The position numbers and the translations under genes are program-made. The notes under the pieces were generated by a model that ran no database searches, had not been told where the DNA came from, and saw only the letters and a list, made by a program, of their open reading frames with translations. From an uncultured Synergistales bacterium (GTDB lineage: Bacteria > Synergistota > Synergistia > Synergistales > Aminobacteriaceae), in the NCBI GenBank assembly GCA_905233215.1, contig CAJODC010000002.1, forward strand, positions 11,013 through 75,012: a DNA stretch of 64,000 bases. Direction: 5' to 3'. This document shows, piece after piece, positions 62,831-64,000 of this stretch. Every line of letters begins with the position of its first letter. The stretch's first letter is position 1.

Positions 62831-63844
62831 ATGACGGAAAAAAGTTTGTTCGGCGTTCTGTCGAGCGGTCAAAAAGTTTTTAATTACACTCTCACAGACT
62901 CGAAGGGTCAAAGCGTTGTCATGTCTGAATACGGCTGTGCGATTCTTGAGATTAACGTTCTCGGCAAAGACGGAAGGCTTCACGATGTCGCGCTCGGTTA
63001 TGACTCTCTTGAGGAATATGTGAACGATAAGTGCAATTTCGGTTTTACTATAGGACGCTACGCCAACAGAATCGCCGGAGGAAAGTTCACGCTCAACGGA
63101 GTAACGTATCACTTGCCGAAGAATGACGGTAACAACACATTACACGGAGGCTTCAACGGATTCAGCAAGAAAGTTTTTGACTCACGATGCGAGAATGACG
63201 AAGTTATTTTCACGCTGAACAGTCCTGATCTTGACGAGGGATTTCCGGGTAACTTCACGCTGAAAGTAACAGTGTCGTTCAATGACGGAAGACTGACGAT
63301 GAGATACGATTATGTTTGCGACAAGGACACGCCAGCGAGCATCACCAATCACAATTACTTCAACTTGAACGGTCATGGACACGGAACAATTCTGAATCAC
63401 TTCGTCAAAATCAACGCCAAAAAATATTGCCGTGCTGATGATGAATTACTCGCTCTTGCGCCTGCTGTTGATGTTGAGGGAACGCCGTTTGATTTTCGTG
63501 AGGGCAAAAAAATTATTGACGGTCTCACGGCTTATTCGCCCGAAATCATCAAGGCCATCGGAGGCTATGACCATTGCTTTGTTGGCAACGAAGCGAGAGC
63601 TACAGGAGATGTTACGGGAATCACATTGACGGTGAAAAGCGACATGCCTGCTCTGCAATTCTACACAGGGAATCAGATCGGCCATGTTCACGGGAAGAAT
63701 GGAGCGGTCTACAACAGTTTTGACGGATTCGCTCTTGAGTGCCAGCAGTACCCGAACGCAATAAATGAACAGTCCTTCCCTGATTGCGTAATCAAGGCAG
63801 GACAGCCCAAAAGTTATTTCATTGAGTACGGTTTTTCATGCTGA
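62831..63844 (+). CDS. galM: Aldose 1-epimerase (galactose mutarotase)
   Basis: 337 aa. GFTIGRYANRIAGGKFTLNGVTYHLPKNDGNNTLHGG, NHNYFNL, HCF, FALECQ. Divergent from ytfQ. Confidence 0.9.
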   Translation: MTEKSLFGVLSSGQKVFNYTLTDSKGQSVVMSEYGCAILEINVLGKDGRLHDVALGYDSLEEYVNDKCNFGFTIGRYANRIAGGKFTLNGVTYHLPKNDGNNTLHGGFNGFSKKVFDSRCENDEVIFTLNSPDLDEGFPGNFTLKVTVSFNDGRLTMRYDYVCDKDTPASITNHNYFNLNGHGHGTILNHFVKINAKKYCRADDELLALAPAVDVEGTPFDFREGKKIIDGLTAYSPEIIKAIGGYDHCFVGNEARATGDVTGITLTVKSDMPALQFYTGNQIGHVHGKNGAVYNSFDGFALECQQYPNAINEQSFPDCVIKAGQPKSYFIEYGFSC

Positions 63845-63856
63845 GTGATTATTCGA

Positions 63857-63896
63857 GGGAGTGCTGTTAGTTTTGACGGGACTCCCAGAATTTTTT
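63857..63896 (+). terminator. Rho-independent terminator after galM
   Basis: Stem GGGAGT (63857-63862) / ACTCCC (63881-63886) followed by AGAATTTTTT. Confidence 0.55.
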
Positions 63897-64000
63897 ACTT
63901 GGCACTCAAAATCCTCATCAGTTCATCGTCATGGTGATGACTCACTGTCGGCTCATCGTCAAACAACATCGTTGCTCCTCCGTCAAGAGTGTACGCTTCC
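63895..64000 (-). CDS. 3' end of an unidentified minus-strand gene (start outside the window)
   Basis: Open minus-strand frame reading ..EAYTLDGGATMLFDDEPTVSHHHDDELMRILSAK*, with TAA at 63897-63895. Too short to assign. Confidence 0.3.
   Translation of the reverse strand, partial: EAYTLDGGATMLFDDEPTVSHHHDDELMRILSAK

Noticed and set aside
1-64000. Window-wide search for CRISPR arrays, tRNA/rRNA genes, integrases, IS elements, prophage modules, retron/DGR reverse transcriptases and toxin-antitoxin pairs
   Set aside because: None was found by reading both strands. Apart from rnpB, every gap longer than 100 nt is explained by promoters, terminators or the remnants described above. I therefore do not claim a complete novel multi-gene system in this window.

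Overview
This is a densely coding 64 kb bacterial chromosome segment, roughly 50% GC by eye, with about 70 mostly housekeeping genes. The gene content includes rnfCDGEAB, arnA/arnT/lpxL-type lipid A genes, der, miaA-ispH-rpsA, valS, mutS2, tsaB/tsaE/nnrD, cobT/cobU, a treB-treC trehalose PTS module and CUT2 sugar ABC transporters. That content fits an anaerobic diderm such as a Synergistota-like organism, but the taxon is inference only.

The main non-coding gene is a type A RNase P RNA (rnpB, minus strand, about 30707-31042). The supplied ORF track overprints it with a spurious ORF.

Accessory-looking, lower-GC patches:
- an Rpn/PD-(D/E)XK nuclease gene next to an ankyrin-repeat gene remnant (7.2-8.3 kb)
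- an orphan membrane protein with a long leader (9.6-10.5 kb)
- a tail-anchored coiled-coil protein built from six 33-bp tandem repeats (13.9-14.5 kb)
- a compact Ski2-like helicase immediately downstream of rnpB (29.1-30.7 kb)
- a DpnI/DpnD-type methyl-directed restriction cassette (52.5-53.5 kb)

The ytfQRT-yjfF galactofuranose-type ABC operon is split by a second complete ABC transporter, and its last gene is frameshifted.

I found no CRISPR array, tRNA, rRNA, integrase, IS element with inverted repeats, or prophage. I do not see a clear-cut complete novel multi-gene system. The best candidates for follow-up are in the findings and are scored conservatively. All similarity statements rest on recalled family motifs, not on database searches.
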